Shown: positions 1 through 11,184 of the stretch, in pieces
Numbering within the stretch: position 1 is the stretch's first letter
Layout: every line of letters starts with the position of its first letter
Origin: Thermoplasmatales archaeon
Lineage (GTDB): Archaea; Thermoplasmatota; Thermoplasmata; Thermoplasmatales; Thermoplasmataceae
Length of the DNA: 64,000 nucleotides
Reading direction: 5' to 3'
Assembly (NCBI GenBank): GCA_027310185.1
Contig: DAIDBH010000017.1
Span: 96,001 to 160,000 of the forward strand
Program-made: the position numbers and the translations under genes
Notes under the pieces: generated by a model
The model's input: only the letters and a program-made list of their open reading frames with translations
Told to the model about the DNA's origin: nothing
The model's database searches: none

Positions 1-226
1 TTATCATCATCGTGAATACGAGAAGGGCACTTACTGCACCCACATAAACAAGCAATTCTATGGCTCCAACAAGTGTCGCTCCAAGAAATATGAAATTGGC
101 AGAGAGCACAAAAAGGAATGCCATTAGGAATATAATGCTCCTGACTATATCCTTCTCTTCTACAGAGATGGCAGCAAGAACTATGAGAATTATTGCGAAT
201 ATAAGGGTGATTATTGTGTAGATCAT
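1..226 (-). CDS. nuoJ: NADH-quinone oxidoreductase subunit J (runs off window edge)
   Basis: Manual translation MIYTIITLIFAIILIVLAAISVEEKDIVRSIIFL...ELLVYVGAV; hydrophobic with NuoJ VYxGAV motif; start overlaps nuoI stop (ATGA). Confidence 0.85.
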   Translation of the reverse strand, partial: MIYTIITLIFAIILIVLAAISVEEKDIVRSIIFLMAFLFVLSANFIFLGATLVGAIELLVYVGAVSALLVFTMMI

Positions 227-663
227 CTTCTTACCTCGTCCTCCCCTTTCTCAAGGTCCGTTGGGGAGTACATGAAATTATTCTTCGTTCTTGCAGTCTC
301 AAACACTTCCTTGAGGTATATTGCATCTGTTGGACAGATCTCCTCGCAGTTCCTGCATACTGTGCATGTACCAAAATTAACAGTTGGATATATCTTCCTC
401 TTATTCCTCTGATTCTCCTTGTCCAGGTTCATCATGGTAATGGAGAGATTTGGGCATACCTGCTCACATAGTGTGCAACCCACACAGTCATCTGTGCTCA
501 AATAGACCCTGAACCTGAATCTGTCGGGTATATCACCCTTAACTTCTGGATACTGAACAGTGACTGGCTTCTGAAAGAGATGTTTAAATACTGTGAACAT
601 CCCCATAACGGAACCTACAATTGGGATTCTTTTTGGTTCCTTCACTTCTTTTATTTCTATCAT
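223..663 (-). CDS. nuoI: NADH-quinone oxidoreductase subunit I (2x[4Fe-4S])
   Basis: CVGCTLCEQVCP and CTVCRNCEEICP ferredoxin motifs, VTVQYPE; start placed at ATG 663 overlapping nuoH stop. Confidence 0.92.
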   Translation of the reverse strand: MIEIKEVKEPKRIPIVGSVMGMFTVFKHLFQKPVTVQYPEVKGDIPDRFRFRVYLSTDDCVGCTLCEQVCPNLSITMMNLDKENQRNKRKIYPTVNFGTCTVCRNCEEICPTDAIYLKEVFETARTKNNFMYSPTDLEKGEDEVRR

Positions 664-1700
664 GCTATCCCTCCAAATATTATGATTCCTGTAATTATAA
701 GATTGATAAATGAGATTGGCAGTAGATATTTCCACCCAAAGTTCACGAACTTATCTATTCTCACCCTTGGCATGGAAAGCCATATTGTCAGCGATATCAC
801 TACCAGAACAAGAGTCTTTATCATAAGCCAGATAAATCCAGCATAGTTCGTGTACGGACCGAGATAACCACCAAGATATATGGTACTTATTAGCATTGAG
901 CCAAGGAAAATTGTTCCGAATAGCCCAAGGTAAAATAGACCGAATCTAAGCCCACTGTATTCGGTGGTGTTTCCGGTAACTAGCTCACTGTCACTTTCAC
1001 CCATATCAAATGGAGAATATGATGCCCTGGCTGCCATGGATATTAGGAATACGAAAAATCCCAAAGGTTCCAGGATTGCAAAAGGTATTGACTGGGCAAC
1101 GACAACCCCGTTTATGTCCAGTGGATCAGATACCTTGACCGATGCCATCATTACAACAGCAAGAATTGAAAGCATCATGGGAACCTCGAAGGATATATCC
1201 TTTGCAACTCCTCTCAATGCTCCAAGTACGGCATACTTATTGTTTGAACTTATTCCTGACAGTATCTCGCCTATGGGCATTATGGCCAGCAGAGCGAATA
1301 TTATTATAAGGCTCACATCAGAGTGGGTTACTGTTAGCTGTCCGAACCATGCGAGAGGTCCGTAGGGAATGAATACAAAACCCATTATGAGCCCAAAAAA
1401 TATCAGAATTGGTGCAACCTTGTAAGCAAGATCGTCTCTTCCTTCTGGCAGAATGGATTCCTTCTGTATTAATTTCAGGCCATCAGCCATAACCTGTAAA
1501 ACTCCTCCCTTGCCTACCCTGTTAGGCCCGATCCTCATCTGGACCCTTGCCATATATTTCCTGAAGAAATATACCATGCCAGCGATAACAACAACTGAAA
1601 ATATGATCACAATCAGGGTCTCAATTATATAGGCCAGAATGTAAGATGGATAATGCCCCAGTGCTGATAATATATCAGCAATCCTCAGGAGCAAATTCAT
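660..1700 (-). CDS. nuoH: NADH-quinone oxidoreductase subunit H
   Basis: Q.RIGPNRVG..G.LQ..ADGLKLI.KE and PFDM.ES.SELV.G..TEYSG motifs. Confidence 0.95.
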   Translation of the reverse strand: MNLLLRIADILSALGHYPSYILAYIIETLIVIIFSVVVIAGMVYFFRKYMARVQMRIGPNRVGKGGVLQVMADGLKLIQKESILPEGRDDLAYKVAPILIFFGLIMGFVFIPYGPLAWFGQLTVTHSDVSLIIIFALLAIMPIGEILSGISSNNKYAVLGALRGVAKDISFEVPMMLSILAVVMMASVKVSDPLDINGVVVAQSIPFAILEPLGFFVFLISMAARASYSPFDMGESDSELVTGNTTEYSGLRFGLFYLGLFGTIFLGSMLISTIYLGGYLGPYTNYAGFIWLMIKTLVLVVISLTIWLSMPRVRIDKFVNFGWKYLLPISFINLIITGIIIFGGIA

Positions 1701-2821
1701 CTATCCACCTCCCCGAAAACGAGATCTATGGAACCTGAAATTGCAACCATATCAGCAATCAGTACATCCTTAGCCAGATATGGCAAAACAGAAAGATTCT
1801 TGAAAGATGGGCTTCTCACATGAACCCTGTATGGTTTTACAGATCCGTCTCCTACGAGGTAGACTCCAAATTCGCCCTTTGTTGACTCTGTTCTTGCGTA
1901 CACGTCCCCCTCTCCTCTCAGTCTTACCATGAGGGATTTTTTCGCCTTTGGGTTGAAATATGGGCCGTCAGGTATCTTGTCCAGGGCCTGATTGATGATC
2001 CTGACTGATTGCCTCATTTCCTCAAATCTAACAACAAACCTAGCCAGCACATCTTTTCTCTTTGAAATTGGAATATCGAAATTTACCTTGTCATATGCAA
2101 GATAGGGTTCCGCTTTTCTAACATCATATGGTATACCGGAGGCTCTCAGCATTGGTCCTGTTACTCCGTAATCAAGTGCAACCTCAGGTTCAAGAATACC
2201 TATATTCTTTGTTCTTGATATAAAAATATCATTCTTTACAAACAGGTTGTAAACCTCTTCAAGATTCTTTGGAAACTGTTTTGTGAACTCCTTAATCTTA
2301 TAAATTATCTTATCATTAAAATCCTGATAGACCCCACCTATGCTCATGTAGTTTGTTTCCTGCCTGGATCCACATATTTCAGTGAATAGATCTAGAACTT
2401 TTTCTCTCTGCTCGAACACGTAGAAGAAAGGTGTCAGCATTCCAAGATCAAGTCCAAAGGCTCCTGCCCATACGAGGTGAGAAGCAATCCTGTTCAGTTC
2501 TGCCATGACTGTCCTTATCCATACAACCCTTTCTGGTGGTTCTATGTTGAGAAGCTTTTCCGCTGCTTCAAGATAACCCACTTCCATGTTCATGGCTCCC
2601 ACATAATCCATCCTGTCGAAATATATGAGGGCATCACAGTAGAAATCAAGTTCGCATATTTTTTCAGCGTTTCTGTGAAGATATCCTATAACAGGCTCTA
2701 CCTTTTTCACTGTTTCTCCATCAAGCAATAATTTTAACCTGAGCACTCCGTGAGTAGATGGGTGTTGAGGTCCCATGTTAAGTTCAATATATTTCTCCTT
2801 CAATCCGCTGTTTTCTATCAT
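1697..2821 (-). CDS. nuoD: NADH-quinone oxidoreductase subunit D
   Basis: LNMGPQHPSTHGVLRL, GYLHR and C-terminal DLVFGEVDR motifs. Confidence 0.96.
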   Translation of the reverse strand: MIENSGLKEKYIELNMGPQHPSTHGVLRLKLLLDGETVKKVEPVIGYLHRNAEKICELDFYCDALIYFDRMDYVGAMNMEVGYLEAAEKLLNIEPPERVVWIRTVMAELNRIASHLVWAGAFGLDLGMLTPFFYVFEQREKVLDLFTEICGSRQETNYMSIGGVYQDFNDKIIYKIKEFTKQFPKNLEEVYNLFVKNDIFISRTKNIGILEPEVALDYGVTGPMLRASGIPYDVRKAEPYLAYDKVNFDIPISKRKDVLARFVVRFEEMRQSVRIINQALDKIPDGPYFNPKAKKSLMVRLRGEGDVYARTESTKGEFGVYLVGDGSVKPYRVHVRSPSFKNLSVLPYLAKDVLIADMVAISGSIDLVFGEVDR

Positions 2822-2823
2822 TA

Positions 2824-3291
2824 TTACCACCCATCTCCAGGATCGAAGCTTACCTGATCGTTTCCTTCATCGTCCATGTTCACATACTGTATCTTGCTCA
2901 GATCATAGTCTTTCCTGAGTGGATAACCAACCCACCCTTCTGGAAGGAGGATTCTTTTGAGATTAGGATGTCCTTCGAATATTATTCCCATCATATCATA
3001 CTGCTCCCTTTCATCCCAGTTCGCACTTTCAAAAAGTGATGTGACACTTGGCATCCTTGAATCTCTAGTTTCTGATTTTATAACAAGCATCTCCTCCGTC
3101 TTTGAATTCGTGAGATGATACACGACTTCAACCCTGTCCCTGAAATCGACTGTACTTATGAGACTGAGTGAATCAAATCCTCCGTTCTTCATATCCTTCA
3201 TAAGTTCCAGCAGGTTTTCCTTCGGTATCCTCAGAACCTTTCTGCCATCCTTGCTTTTTTCTTCTTTAACTTCATAGGCCATCAGGTTCAC
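2824..3291 (-). CDS. nuoC: NADH-quinone oxidoreductase subunit C
   Basis: [36 protein letters not shown]. Confidence 0.95.
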   Translation of the reverse strand: MNLMAYEVKEEKSKDGRKVLRIPKENLLELMKDMKNGGFDSLSLISTVDFRDRVEVVYHLTNSKTEEMLVIKSETRDSRMPSVTSLFESANWDEREQYDMMGIIFEGHPNLKRILLPEGWVGYPLRKDYDLSKIQYVNMDDEGNDQVSFDPGDGW

Positions 3292-3752
3292 CTCTCTGCT
3301 TCATTTCTTATCTTTTTCTGTAAGAGTATTATTCCATTCGTTAGTGCTTCTGGTGTTGGAGGGCATCCTGGAACATACACATCCACCGGTACCACCCTGT
3401 CAACACCGAGAACCACTGAATAACCCTGGTTATATGGGCCACCCTGAATTACGCAGACTCCCATTGCGATAACATATTTCGGGTATGGCATCTCATCATA
3501 CAGTCTCCTGAGTCTTGGGGCCATTTTCTTGGTTACAGTCCCTGAAACAATCATTAAATCAGACTGCCTTGGAGAATTCCTGAACACCTCACTCCCAAAT
3601 CTTGAAACATCAAGCCTTGATGCCTGTACCGCCATCATCTCAATGGCACAGCAAGCAAGTCCAAAAGTCAGTGGCCATATTGAGTTGCTCCTTGCCCACT
3701 CCATGGCCTTATCCATTGTTGTAGTTACAAAGCCTGTATCCCCAGTTTTCAT
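3288..3752 (-). CDS. nuoB: NADH-quinone oxidoreductase subunit B
   Basis: [30 protein letters not shown]. Confidence 0.96.
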   Translation of the reverse strand: MKTGDTGFVTTTMDKAMEWARSNSIWPLTFGLACCAIEMMAVQASRLDVSRFGSEVFRNSPRQSDLMIVSGTVTKKMAPRLRRLYDEMPYPKYVIAMGVCVIQGGPYNQGYSVVLGVDRVVPVDVYVPGCPPTPEALTNGIILLQKKIRNEAER

Positions 3753-4189
3753 TTAATCCACCTCATATACCCCTTTCTAAAGGCGTAAAAAACTACACTC
3801 ATCGGCATTGAAATGAAGATTATTGTTTCAATGAATGCATATACACCAAGACTCTTGAAGTCGAATGCCCATGGAAGAAGAAGGGCCATATCTACATCAA
3901 AAAGTATGAAAAGAAGCACAATAACGTAATACTGTACCCTCACAAATGACCGGTATGAACCTCTTGCAACCTCTCCGGATTCGTATGGTTTTGTATAGAC
4001 AGAGCCCTTTACAGGAGAGGATTCCTTGGAAAGATTTGAGATGATATCTGAAGGCTTGAAAGAAATCTTTGCCGCTGGACCCTTTGCCCTTCCTTTATCC
4101 AGGCTTGGGAGAATTGTGAAAACAAGGTACATAGCCAGTGCGAGTAAAACGATAGTGATAAGCGCAGGTATGTATCCATACAGTAACAT
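3749..4189 (-). CDS. nuoA: NADH-quinone oxidoreductase subunit A
   Basis: PYESG loop and YY...LLFILFDV motif; first gene of the nuo operon. Confidence 0.9.
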   Translation of the reverse strand: MLLYGYIPALITIVLLALAMYLVFTILPSLDKGRAKGPAAKISFKPSDIISNLSKESSPVKGSVYTKPYESGEVARGSYRSFVRVQYYVIVLLFILFDVDMALLLPWAFDFKSLGVYAFIETIIFISMPMSVVFYAFRKGYMRWIK

Positions 4190-4223
4190 AGTTCCATATT
4201 TTAGGAAAATATTTAAGTGTTGT

Positions 4224-6038
4224 TTAATTTGAATCCTTATTTCTCACCGTGTTTATTAACCTGGCGACAAGTGATGGATCTATAACACCTTCATTCATGG
4301 AACTGAGTTTCCTCAATATATCAGTCATGTTTGAATTTATATCTATTTCACATTTCCTGATCAGGTTCATTAAGGACTCTTCTGGAAGTGGTTTCAGCAG
4401 GTTAAGGTTTAATATTTCTCCAATGGAATTGCCTGAATACAAAAGATCTATTGCCCTTTCCATTGAATATCTCCCCAGTGAGTTCTTAACGCAGAATTCA
4501 ATCACGGTTTGTATCTGATCCCAGCTTACCTCCCTTCCATATTTTTTGTTCATTTCTGGGATCGTCTGGATGATTATTCTGGATAATACCTTTCCATTAT
4601 TTTCATTCGCAAGATCTGTGAATCTTTTCACTTTTCCATCTGATATAAGTGTTTCAGCATCCTGTGTTGATATTCCATACCTCCTGCTGACACTATGCAT
4701 GAAGGATTCCAGTGCTTCAGGAATTTCCCTGGAAGCTTCTTCCAGAAGAAACTCATCTATCTGGATTACAGGAATGTCTGTTTCCGGATACATCCTGCTG
4801 CTTCCAGATAGTGGCCTCATATACCTGGTTGTGTTGTCTTCAAGTGCAGCCCTGGTTTCTGAGAAATCCATTGACATCAATTTGGCTATTCTTTCCTCTA
4901 TTACCCTTGCTGCATCCTGCACAGTGTCCGGTTCTATGATCAGTAACAGGAATGAATCATTCTTCTTCAGATTGAGTTCGTCTGCGACCATATCCCTATC
5001 ACTTGTTGTTAGTCCGTAGGCTGGCAACTCCTCATAGTGAATTACACCCCTTATGTTAATCTGCTTCAGTGCATCTGCAATTTCCCTGCCGAACCTGAAC
5101 TTATCTGTCTTCATCACTCCCCTGAAGTTTGCCAGTCGTGATGCATATATCATCCTCCCATCGTCCAGTCCTTTCAATATCATCTTTGAACCTGTTTCCT
5201 TAAACATGCCTGTGATGTCCCTGAATTCCAGTTTCTCATGGCCTCCATTGGCCCTTACTCTTTCCACTGCCTCTGCCAGCCATTTCTGCCTTGCTGCTTC
5301 ATTTTCAAGTATATCCCTTATGGCGGAGAGTTTTGATACTCCTTTTATTTCTACCCTTCCATATCCCATGGAAAAATTTACATCCTGCCGTATTGCATCT
5401 GCTCCCTTTTTCAGAAGTCCCATGACTAGCATCCTGTTTCCTATTTCCCTTGCTATGGCAATTGCATCTTCTGCATTCTTCATGTCTGGAGCTGTGGAAA
5501 TCTCTATAAGTGGCAATCCAAGCCTGTCAAGTGAATAAACTACCATATTACCTTTTTCTTCTATTTTCCTGCAGGAATCTTCCTCAAGACAGATCGTTGT
5601 TATTCCTGCTCCGGCATTTCCTGTTTTTATCTCACCGCCAATTCCAATCAGTGAAGTCCTCTGGAAACCACTTGTATTTGATCCATCTATTACGACCTTC
5701 CTCATTACAGAAACCCTGTCCATGATTGATGAACTGAATGCCATGGACATTGCAAGTGCTGCCTTCAATGCTATCCTGTTGATCTCTATTGGAGGTTCCT
5801 CGTCTGCTTCTACAAGGCAGGAATTGTCAGAAACAATGTACTTGAATATCCTGTCTCTGGCTTCTTCATAATATGTGGATATATCTTTTGAACCTATTTC
5901 ACCCGAGGATGAGTGCAGCCTTCTAACAAATGACTGTTCAGTAAGTTCTCCTTCTGAATTGCACCTGCAAAAAAGCTTTCCCACATCCATCTGCATATGC
6001 ACTTCAAGTCCTATCATTGTATTCTCAGGGATGGTCAT
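4224..6038 (-). CDS. gatE: Glu-tRNA(Gln) amidotransferase subunit E
   Basis: IGLEVH.Q, KLFC, DGSNTSGFQRT, LDRLG.PLIEI, IRQDVN, RMYPETDIP. Confidence 0.95.
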   Translation of the reverse strand: MTIPENTMIGLEVHMQMDVGKLFCRCNSEGELTEQSFVRRLHSSSGEIGSKDISTYYEEARDRIFKYIVSDNSCLVEADEEPPIEINRIALKAALAMSMAFSSSIMDRVSVMRKVVIDGSNTSGFQRTSLIGIGGEIKTGNAGAGITTICLEEDSCRKIEEKGNMVVYSLDRLGLPLIEISTAPDMKNAEDAIAIAREIGNRMLVMGLLKKGADAIRQDVNFSMGYGRVEIKGVSKLSAIRDILENEAARQKWLAEAVERVRANGGHEKLEFRDITGMFKETGSKMILKGLDDGRMIYASRLANFRGVMKTDKFRFGREIADALKQINIRGVIHYEELPAYGLTTSDRDMVADELNLKKNDSFLLLIIEPDTVQDAARVIEERIAKLMSMDFSETRAALEDNTTRYMRPLSGSSRMYPETDIPVIQIDEFLLEEASREIPEALESFMHSVSRRYGISTQDAETLISDGKVKRFTDLANENNGKVLSRIIIQTIPEMNKKYGREVSWDQIQTVIEFCVKNSLGRYSMERAIDLLYSGNSIGEILNLNLLKPLPEESLMNLIRKCEIDINSNMTDILRKLSSMNEGVIDPSLVARLINTVRNKDSN

Positions 6039-7282
6039 CAGAGAAACACCCCCATTTCTTCCCTCTCCAGTAATTCTCCATGCATGTTTGTTCTCATCAT
6101 GATCTCAAATTCTTCCTCCTCATAGTTACCGAGAACATGCATCATCTTGACATATGCAGTTTCAGGCAGTATATTGCCCACTGATATTATGCCTGATTTC
6201 TTCATTTCCCTTCCTGTTGAATATATGTCCAGGTTAGTTGTTCCAAAGATGCATTGTGTTGTGATTACCGCTTTCATTCCCTCCTTCACCCTTTCACTGA
6301 TTGACTGCAGAAATTTTGTTGCTATATGGCCAAGTCCTGTTCCCATTAAAATGATCCCCTTCTTACCATCCATTGACCTGAAAAGCTCTTCTTCCGTTAG
6401 GCCAGGGTATGTGTAAACGATGGATACCCTCTTTTCCAGGTTGGTTTTGAGTATATTTTCCTCAGCCCTTCTTCTGTAAGCTCTATCAAGGTTCACCAAT
6501 CCTTCCTGGAATGTTCCTATGGGATGTTCACCAATGGCCTTGAATGCATCCCTCCTTGTTGAATGCATCTTTCTTGATCTGGTTCCCCTGATCAGGTCTA
6601 TCCTTTCGTCTGATGAGTTATGATGCATGGAAATTCCAACCTCCCCGAAGTCTGTTGTTGCGAAATCCACCGCTGCCTCAAGGTTGAGATATGAATCGCT
6701 GCTCGGCCTGTCTGAACTTCTCTGCGATCCGACCAGAATTATTGGTCCGGACTGCGTCTCGAACATGAATGCAAGTGCAGATGCTGTGTACGACATGGTA
6801 TCGGTACCATGGGATATCACAACGCCTTCAGAATTATTCAGCTCATCCCTGGCTTTTTTTGCCAGGCTAATCCACTGATCTGGCTCCATGTTTTCACTGA
6901 GAATGTTGGAGAAGTCAACCCTCTTCAACCTGTATCTGTTTTCCATATACCTGAACTTGGATGTGAGTTCTCCAATATCCAGCGATGGAAATACTGCACC
7001 GGTTCTGTAATCCACCCTGCTCACTATGGTTCCGCCTGTGGTTATAAGTGACACAGGCTTGCCCGTTCCTGACTCCTTTGCCTCTTCACCCTTACTTAAA
7101 GCCTGGAGTTTTCCCTTCTTCACAATAACAAATGAATCTGGCCTGACTGAAATGTTATAACCATTTTCCAGTTTTACGTTGAAGAAATCAGTATCAGTGG
7201 AGATAAGGGTTCCGATCATTTCCTTTCCCTTCCAGCTGAATTTAATTGTGTCACCCATTTCAGGTTTCCTTGAATCTGGCAT
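6038..7282 (-). CDS. gatD: Glu-tRNA(Gln) amidotransferase subunit D
   Basis: Asparaginase-like TGGTI.SRVDY.TG, HGTDTM, GSQRSSDRPSSD; adjacent to gatE. Confidence 0.95.
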   Translation of the reverse strand: MPDSRKPEMGDTIKFSWKGKEMIGTLISTDTDFFNVKLENGYNISVRPDSFVIVKKGKLQALSKGEEAKESGTGKPVSLITTGGTIVSRVDYRTGAVFPSLDIGELTSKFRYMENRYRLKRVDFSNILSENMEPDQWISLAKKARDELNNSEGVVISHGTDTMSYTASALAFMFETQSGPIILVGSQRSSDRPSSDSYLNLEAAVDFATTDFGEVGISMHHNSSDERIDLIRGTRSRKMHSTRRDAFKAIGEHPIGTFQEGLVNLDRAYRRRAEENILKTNLEKRVSIVYTYPGLTEEELFRSMDGKKGIILMGTGLGHIATKFLQSISERVKEGMKAVITTQCIFGTTNLDIYSTGREMKKSGIISVGNILPETAYVKMMHVLGNYEEEEFEIMMRTNMHGELLEREEMGVFL

Positions 7283-7378
7283 GAATCAATATGGTTGATT
7301 CTTATTTTAATCTTTAAAAAGAATTTCAAATTACTGTAGATATGATTTCGTTCTTGTTTCTATAGAACATGTGTAGAT

Positions 7379-8167
7379 TCATATCAGTCTACTCATTTTA
7401 TTTATTCCGAGCATATTTCCAAGTTCCATTGCATTTAAGGGAGCATTTCCGTTAGGATGATTATTGAAAAATATGAAAATTTCGCCAAACTGTCCTTCAT
7501 ATCTATTGATTTCATCTTTTATTGCTACCAGTTCGTTTGAATTGTAGTCATAATTGAATTTTTCCATTCCAGATTCTTTTACGGAAAATGACTGATTTCT
7601 TCCATGCAGTCTTATGTAGGCTTTTCCATTTTTTGAGCTGTTTAATCTTAAGTGATTTATGTAATTGTCTGTGAACGCTATGTTGAATCCTGCATCCTCA
7701 ACCAGTTTCTGGATTTGCTGGAAATTATTCTCTTCAAATATTCTCGGCTCGCAGTAAATATTGTTCTCATTACCTGTGATTTCAGACATTTCTACAAGAT
7801 ACTCCTCTATGTTGTGCATCTTTATCCATGGGGGCAGTGTGAATAGAAATTTTGAATCCTCATCCCTCCTATTTGCTGGATTCAAAACATTTTTCAAGAA
7901 AAGTTCCATGCTTTCCTTCCTATCTTTCATATGGCCAAAATGACTTACCGATGATGGGATTTTTATGGATAACTTGATTTCCTTGGAGATTTTCCTTATT
8001 GAATTCTCGAAAGCCTCCATTGGTGGCGTTGAATAATATGTTGAATCTATTTCTAATGCACTGAAAAAATTTGTGTAGTAATTTACAGATGGCCTGGTTC
8101 CTTCAGGATAGAATTTTCCAACCCACTCCCTGTATGCCCATCCACAAGTTCCAAGAAATATCTTCAA
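7379..8167 (-). CDS. DUF72 (YecE-like) family protein
   Basis: GTCGWAY.EW.G.FYP, EIDSTYY, YIRLHGR, FFNNH. Confidence 0.85.
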   Translation of the reverse strand: MKIFLGTCGWAYREWVGKFYPEGTRPSVNYYTNFFSALEIDSTYYSTPPMEAFENSIRKISKEIKLSIKIPSSVSHFGHMKDRKESMELFLKNVLNPANRRDEDSKFLFTLPPWIKMHNIEEYLVEMSEITGNENNIYCEPRIFEENNFQQIQKLVEDAGFNIAFTDNYINHLRLNSSKNGKAYIRLHGRNQSFSVKESGMEKFNYDYNSNELVAIKDEINRYEGQFGEIFIFFNNHPNGNAPLNAMELGNMLGINKMSRLI

Positions 8168-9309
8168 GGATTCAGTTCCCTCAGTACTTCCCTTGCAATT
8201 ATTACCCTCTGGATCTGGTTTGTGCCTTCGTATATCTGTGTTATTTTTGCATCCCTCATGTGCCTTTCTGCGTCCAGATCTATTGTGTATCCATAGCCAC
8301 CGAATATCTGGAGTGAATCTGTTGCGATCCTGTTTGCGACATCAGATGCAAAGAGCTTTGCCATTGAAGATTCCTTTATGCATGGTTCATGTCGATCCCA
8401 TCTTTCCGCTGCATTGTAAGTTAACAGTCTTGCTGCTTCGATTTCTGTTGCCATATCGGAGATCATGAACTGGATTCCTTCCATGCTTGAAATGCTCTGG
8501 CCGAACTGTTTCCTCTGCTGCGAATAAATGACAGCCTCCTCAAAGGCAGCCTCTGCTATACCCAGAGCCTGCGATGCAATCCCTATCCTGCCAGCGTCCA
8601 GTGTCTCCATTACCACCTTGAATCCTTCGTTCAACTTACCCACAATATTTGATTCCGGAACCCTTACATTTTCAAATATGAGCTCCACGGTTGATGATCC
8701 CCTGATCCCCATCTTGTGGATGTCCCTGCTGATCTTGAATCCTGGTGTGTCTGAATCAACCACGAATGTTGTTATTCCCCTGTGTCCCTTTGATGGATCT
8801 GTTACAACATCAACAACAAAAAATTTTGCAAGTCTTCCGTTTGAGATGAAAATTTTAGTACCATTTATTACATACTCACTTCCGTCCTTGACTGCGGAAG
8901 TTTTGATGGCTGCCGCATCACTGCCTGCCCCTGGTTCTGTAAGTGCCAGTCCGCCTATCTCACCTTCAGCAACCCTCTTCAGATATTTACTTTTCAAATC
9001 TTCGGAACCAAACATCAGAACCGGTTCCCCGAATAGGGTTAAAGCACCATCTAGGACCAATGATGTGCTTGGGCAGGCCTTTGATATGATTTCAATTGCC
9101 CTCATCAGGAAGCTGAAGCTCATCCCGTATCCACCGTATTCCTTTGGAATGTAACTCGCAAATAACCCAAGTTCCTTCATTCTATCAATGAGTTTTTGTG
9201 GAACTTCCTCCTTGAGATCAATCTCCCTTGCAAGTGGTTTCACCTCTTCGTTGGCAAATCTCTTGATGTATTCGAGAACATCCTTTTCCTCTTCCTTAAG
9301 TCCACTCAT
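8164..9309 (-). CDS. acyl-CoA dehydrogenase
   Basis: ALTEPGAGSDA, KMGIRGS, GGYGY, IYEGTNQIQR. Confidence 0.95.
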   Translation of the reverse strand: MSGLKEEEKDVLEYIKRFANEEVKPLAREIDLKEEVPQKLIDRMKELGLFASYIPKEYGGYGMSFSFLMRAIEIISKACPSTSLVLDGALTLFGEPVLMFGSEDLKSKYLKRVAEGEIGGLALTEPGAGSDAAAIKTSAVKDGSEYVINGTKIFISNGRLAKFFVVDVVTDPSKGHRGITTFVVDSDTPGFKISRDIHKMGIRGSSTVELIFENVRVPESNIVGKLNEGFKVVMETLDAGRIGIASQALGIAEAAFEEAVIYSQQRKQFGQSISSMEGIQFMISDMATEIEAARLLTYNAAERWDRHEPCIKESSMAKLFASDVANRIATDSLQIFGGYGYTIDLDAERHMRDAKITQIYEGTNQIQRVIIAREVLRELNP

Positions 9310-9486
9310 AAATGGATAATGTTATTCCTGATATTATTTTTTAGTAGGTTTAATACTTTAGTGGATAGGGTGTCATGTTCCTTAATTATGTGGAAATTAT
9401 CAGTTTATTAATAGCAAAACCAATTTATTTTAAGCCTTTCTTTTCTATTGCAAAAGATTTTTACTTATGCATTGATGCCAATCCCA

Positions 9487-10137
9487 ATGGAATTTAAAGC
9501 TAAACTGGTTACATGGGAGGATATTGAGACGTGGTGTGAGGAGATCGATAAAAAGATGCTGAAAGACGGGACACCGGATGCAATTATTGGACTGTCAAGG
9601 GGAGGTCTCGTTCCTGCAAGGATACTCTCTGATATGATCCTCATGAAGAACCTTTATGCCATAAAGACTGAACATTGGGGTCTTACTGCAACAGTGGATG
9701 GAAAAGCTGATCTGAAGTATGGACTGAATGTTTCCATTGAGGGAAAGAATGTTCTCGTGGTAGATGATATTACGGACACAGGACAGAGCATGAAGCTTGC
9801 ATATGATTATATTAAAACACTCAAGCCAAGGTCCATAAAGACCTCTACGATGCTTCATATCGGCCACTCCTCCTTTGTTCCAGACTACTATGCCCAGTTT
9901 GTTACCGATAAGGAATGGACATGGTTCATCTTCCCGTGGAACGTTTATGAGGATATCACGAATCTATCATCCAAGATAGAAATGAAATCAAATTCTGTGG
10001 ATGAGATTGAGAAGAAGCTGAAGGAGAGTTTCGATCTCTCGGTAAAAAAGAATGTTCTGGAAAAGGTTCTGATGCAGATGGTACATATGGGAAAGGCAGA
10101 ATTGAGTGATGGAAAATATACTTACATTCAGGCCTGA
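9487..10137 (+). CDS. type I phosphoribosyltransferase (purine PRTase-like)
   Basis: LSRGGLVPAR and VLVVDDITDTG PRPP-binding motif, W.IFPW. Confidence 0.85.
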   Translation: MEFKAKLVTWEDIETWCEEIDKKMLKDGTPDAIIGLSRGGLVPARILSDMILMKNLYAIKTEHWGLTATVDGKADLKYGLNVSIEGKNVLVVDDITDTGQSMKLAYDYIKTLKPRSIKTSTMLHIGHSSFVPDYYAQFVTDKEWTWFIFPWNVYEDITNLSSKIEMKSNSVDEIEKKLKESFDLSVKKNVLEKVLMQMVHMGKAELSDGKYTYIQA

Positions 10138-11057
10138 ATAATTGTACCGGATAAACCTTCGATCACATTATTTGCATCCTTAAGTGAGCCTATCCTTGCA
10201 ACTTTTCCTCCCCGTTCAACAAAACTCATTGCTGCAAGAACCTTTGGTCCCATGCTACCCTTTGAGAATTGCCCCTTATCATAGTATTCCCTTATCTCTT
10301 TTAATTTAACTTTACCAAGTGCTCTTTGAGTGCTTTTACCGAAATCTATGAATGCATTCTTCACGTCTGTAAGTATCACGAATTCCTCTGCTTCAAGCAT
10401 GTGTGCCAGTACATAGGAAGCCAGATCCTTGTCAATAACTGCATCCACTCCACTGTAATAATTGCCTTTTTTTATCACTGGAATACCGCCCCCACCGGTG
10501 CATATTGGCAGGAATCCTGCGTTCAGGGAGCTCATTATTGCATTCTTTTCAAGTATATCAAGAGGCATTGGGGAGGGGACACATCTTCTCCATCCCTTCT
10601 CAGTTTTCATGAACTCCCAGTCTGTACTGCTTTTAAGATCATTGTATTCCTGCTCTGAATAAACTCTTCCAACAGGTTTTGTTGGATTCTTGAAGGCCTG
10701 ATCACCCTCGTTAACGATTGTTCTTGTAAGTATATTGATTGCTTCCTTTCCTATTCCAGATACTGATCTTACCTGCTCATATGCTTCAATCAAAATCTCC
10801 CCGATCAGACCTTGAGACATTGCTCCAAGTGCGTGCATTGGCATTGGGGGAGGCAATTCGTTTGAATTTTGATTCCTCAGTATTAGGTCTCCGATCTGAG
10901 GCCCGTTACCGTGAGTTATAATGACATCTTCCTTTACGATTATATCAGACAATGATTCAAAGGCGTTTACGGCTCTCTTTACCTGTGTTTCATAATCCCT
11001 GGAATCACCACTTTCCATCAGGGCGTTTCCTCCAAGTGCGATTACAATTTTGCTCAT
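10128..11057 (-). CDS. arcC: carbamate kinase
   Basis: IVIALGGNA, THGNGPQ.G, GGGGIPV, AVIDKD, GSMGPKV. Confidence 0.93.
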   Translation of the reverse strand: MSKIVIALGGNALMESGDSRDYETQVKRAVNAFESLSDIIVKEDVIITHGNGPQIGDLILRNQNSNELPPPMPMHALGAMSQGLIGEILIEAYEQVRSVSGIGKEAINILTRTIVNEGDQAFKNPTKPVGRVYSEQEYNDLKSSTDWEFMKTEKGWRRCVPSPMPLDILEKNAIMSSLNAGFLPICTGGGGIPVIKKGNYYSGVDAVIDKDLASYVLAHMLEAEEFVILTDVKNAFIDFGKSTQRALGKVKLKEIREYYDKGQFSKGSMGPKVLAAMSFVERGGKVARIGSLKDANNVIEGLSGTIIQA

Positions 11058-11184
11058 TAGATCACGGAAAACATAGATTTGTTGCATCTATATAAGAGAA
11101 AGCTCGGTTTTTAAATGCTGGCTCATGAAGTTGCGGAATTAAAGACTGTGAGAGGACTTTTAAATCATCGTGCTATTTTACATT

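Noticed and set aside
1-4189. Absence of nuoEFG between nuoD and nuoH
   Set aside because: The 11-subunit complex I lacking the NADH module is normal in archaea.
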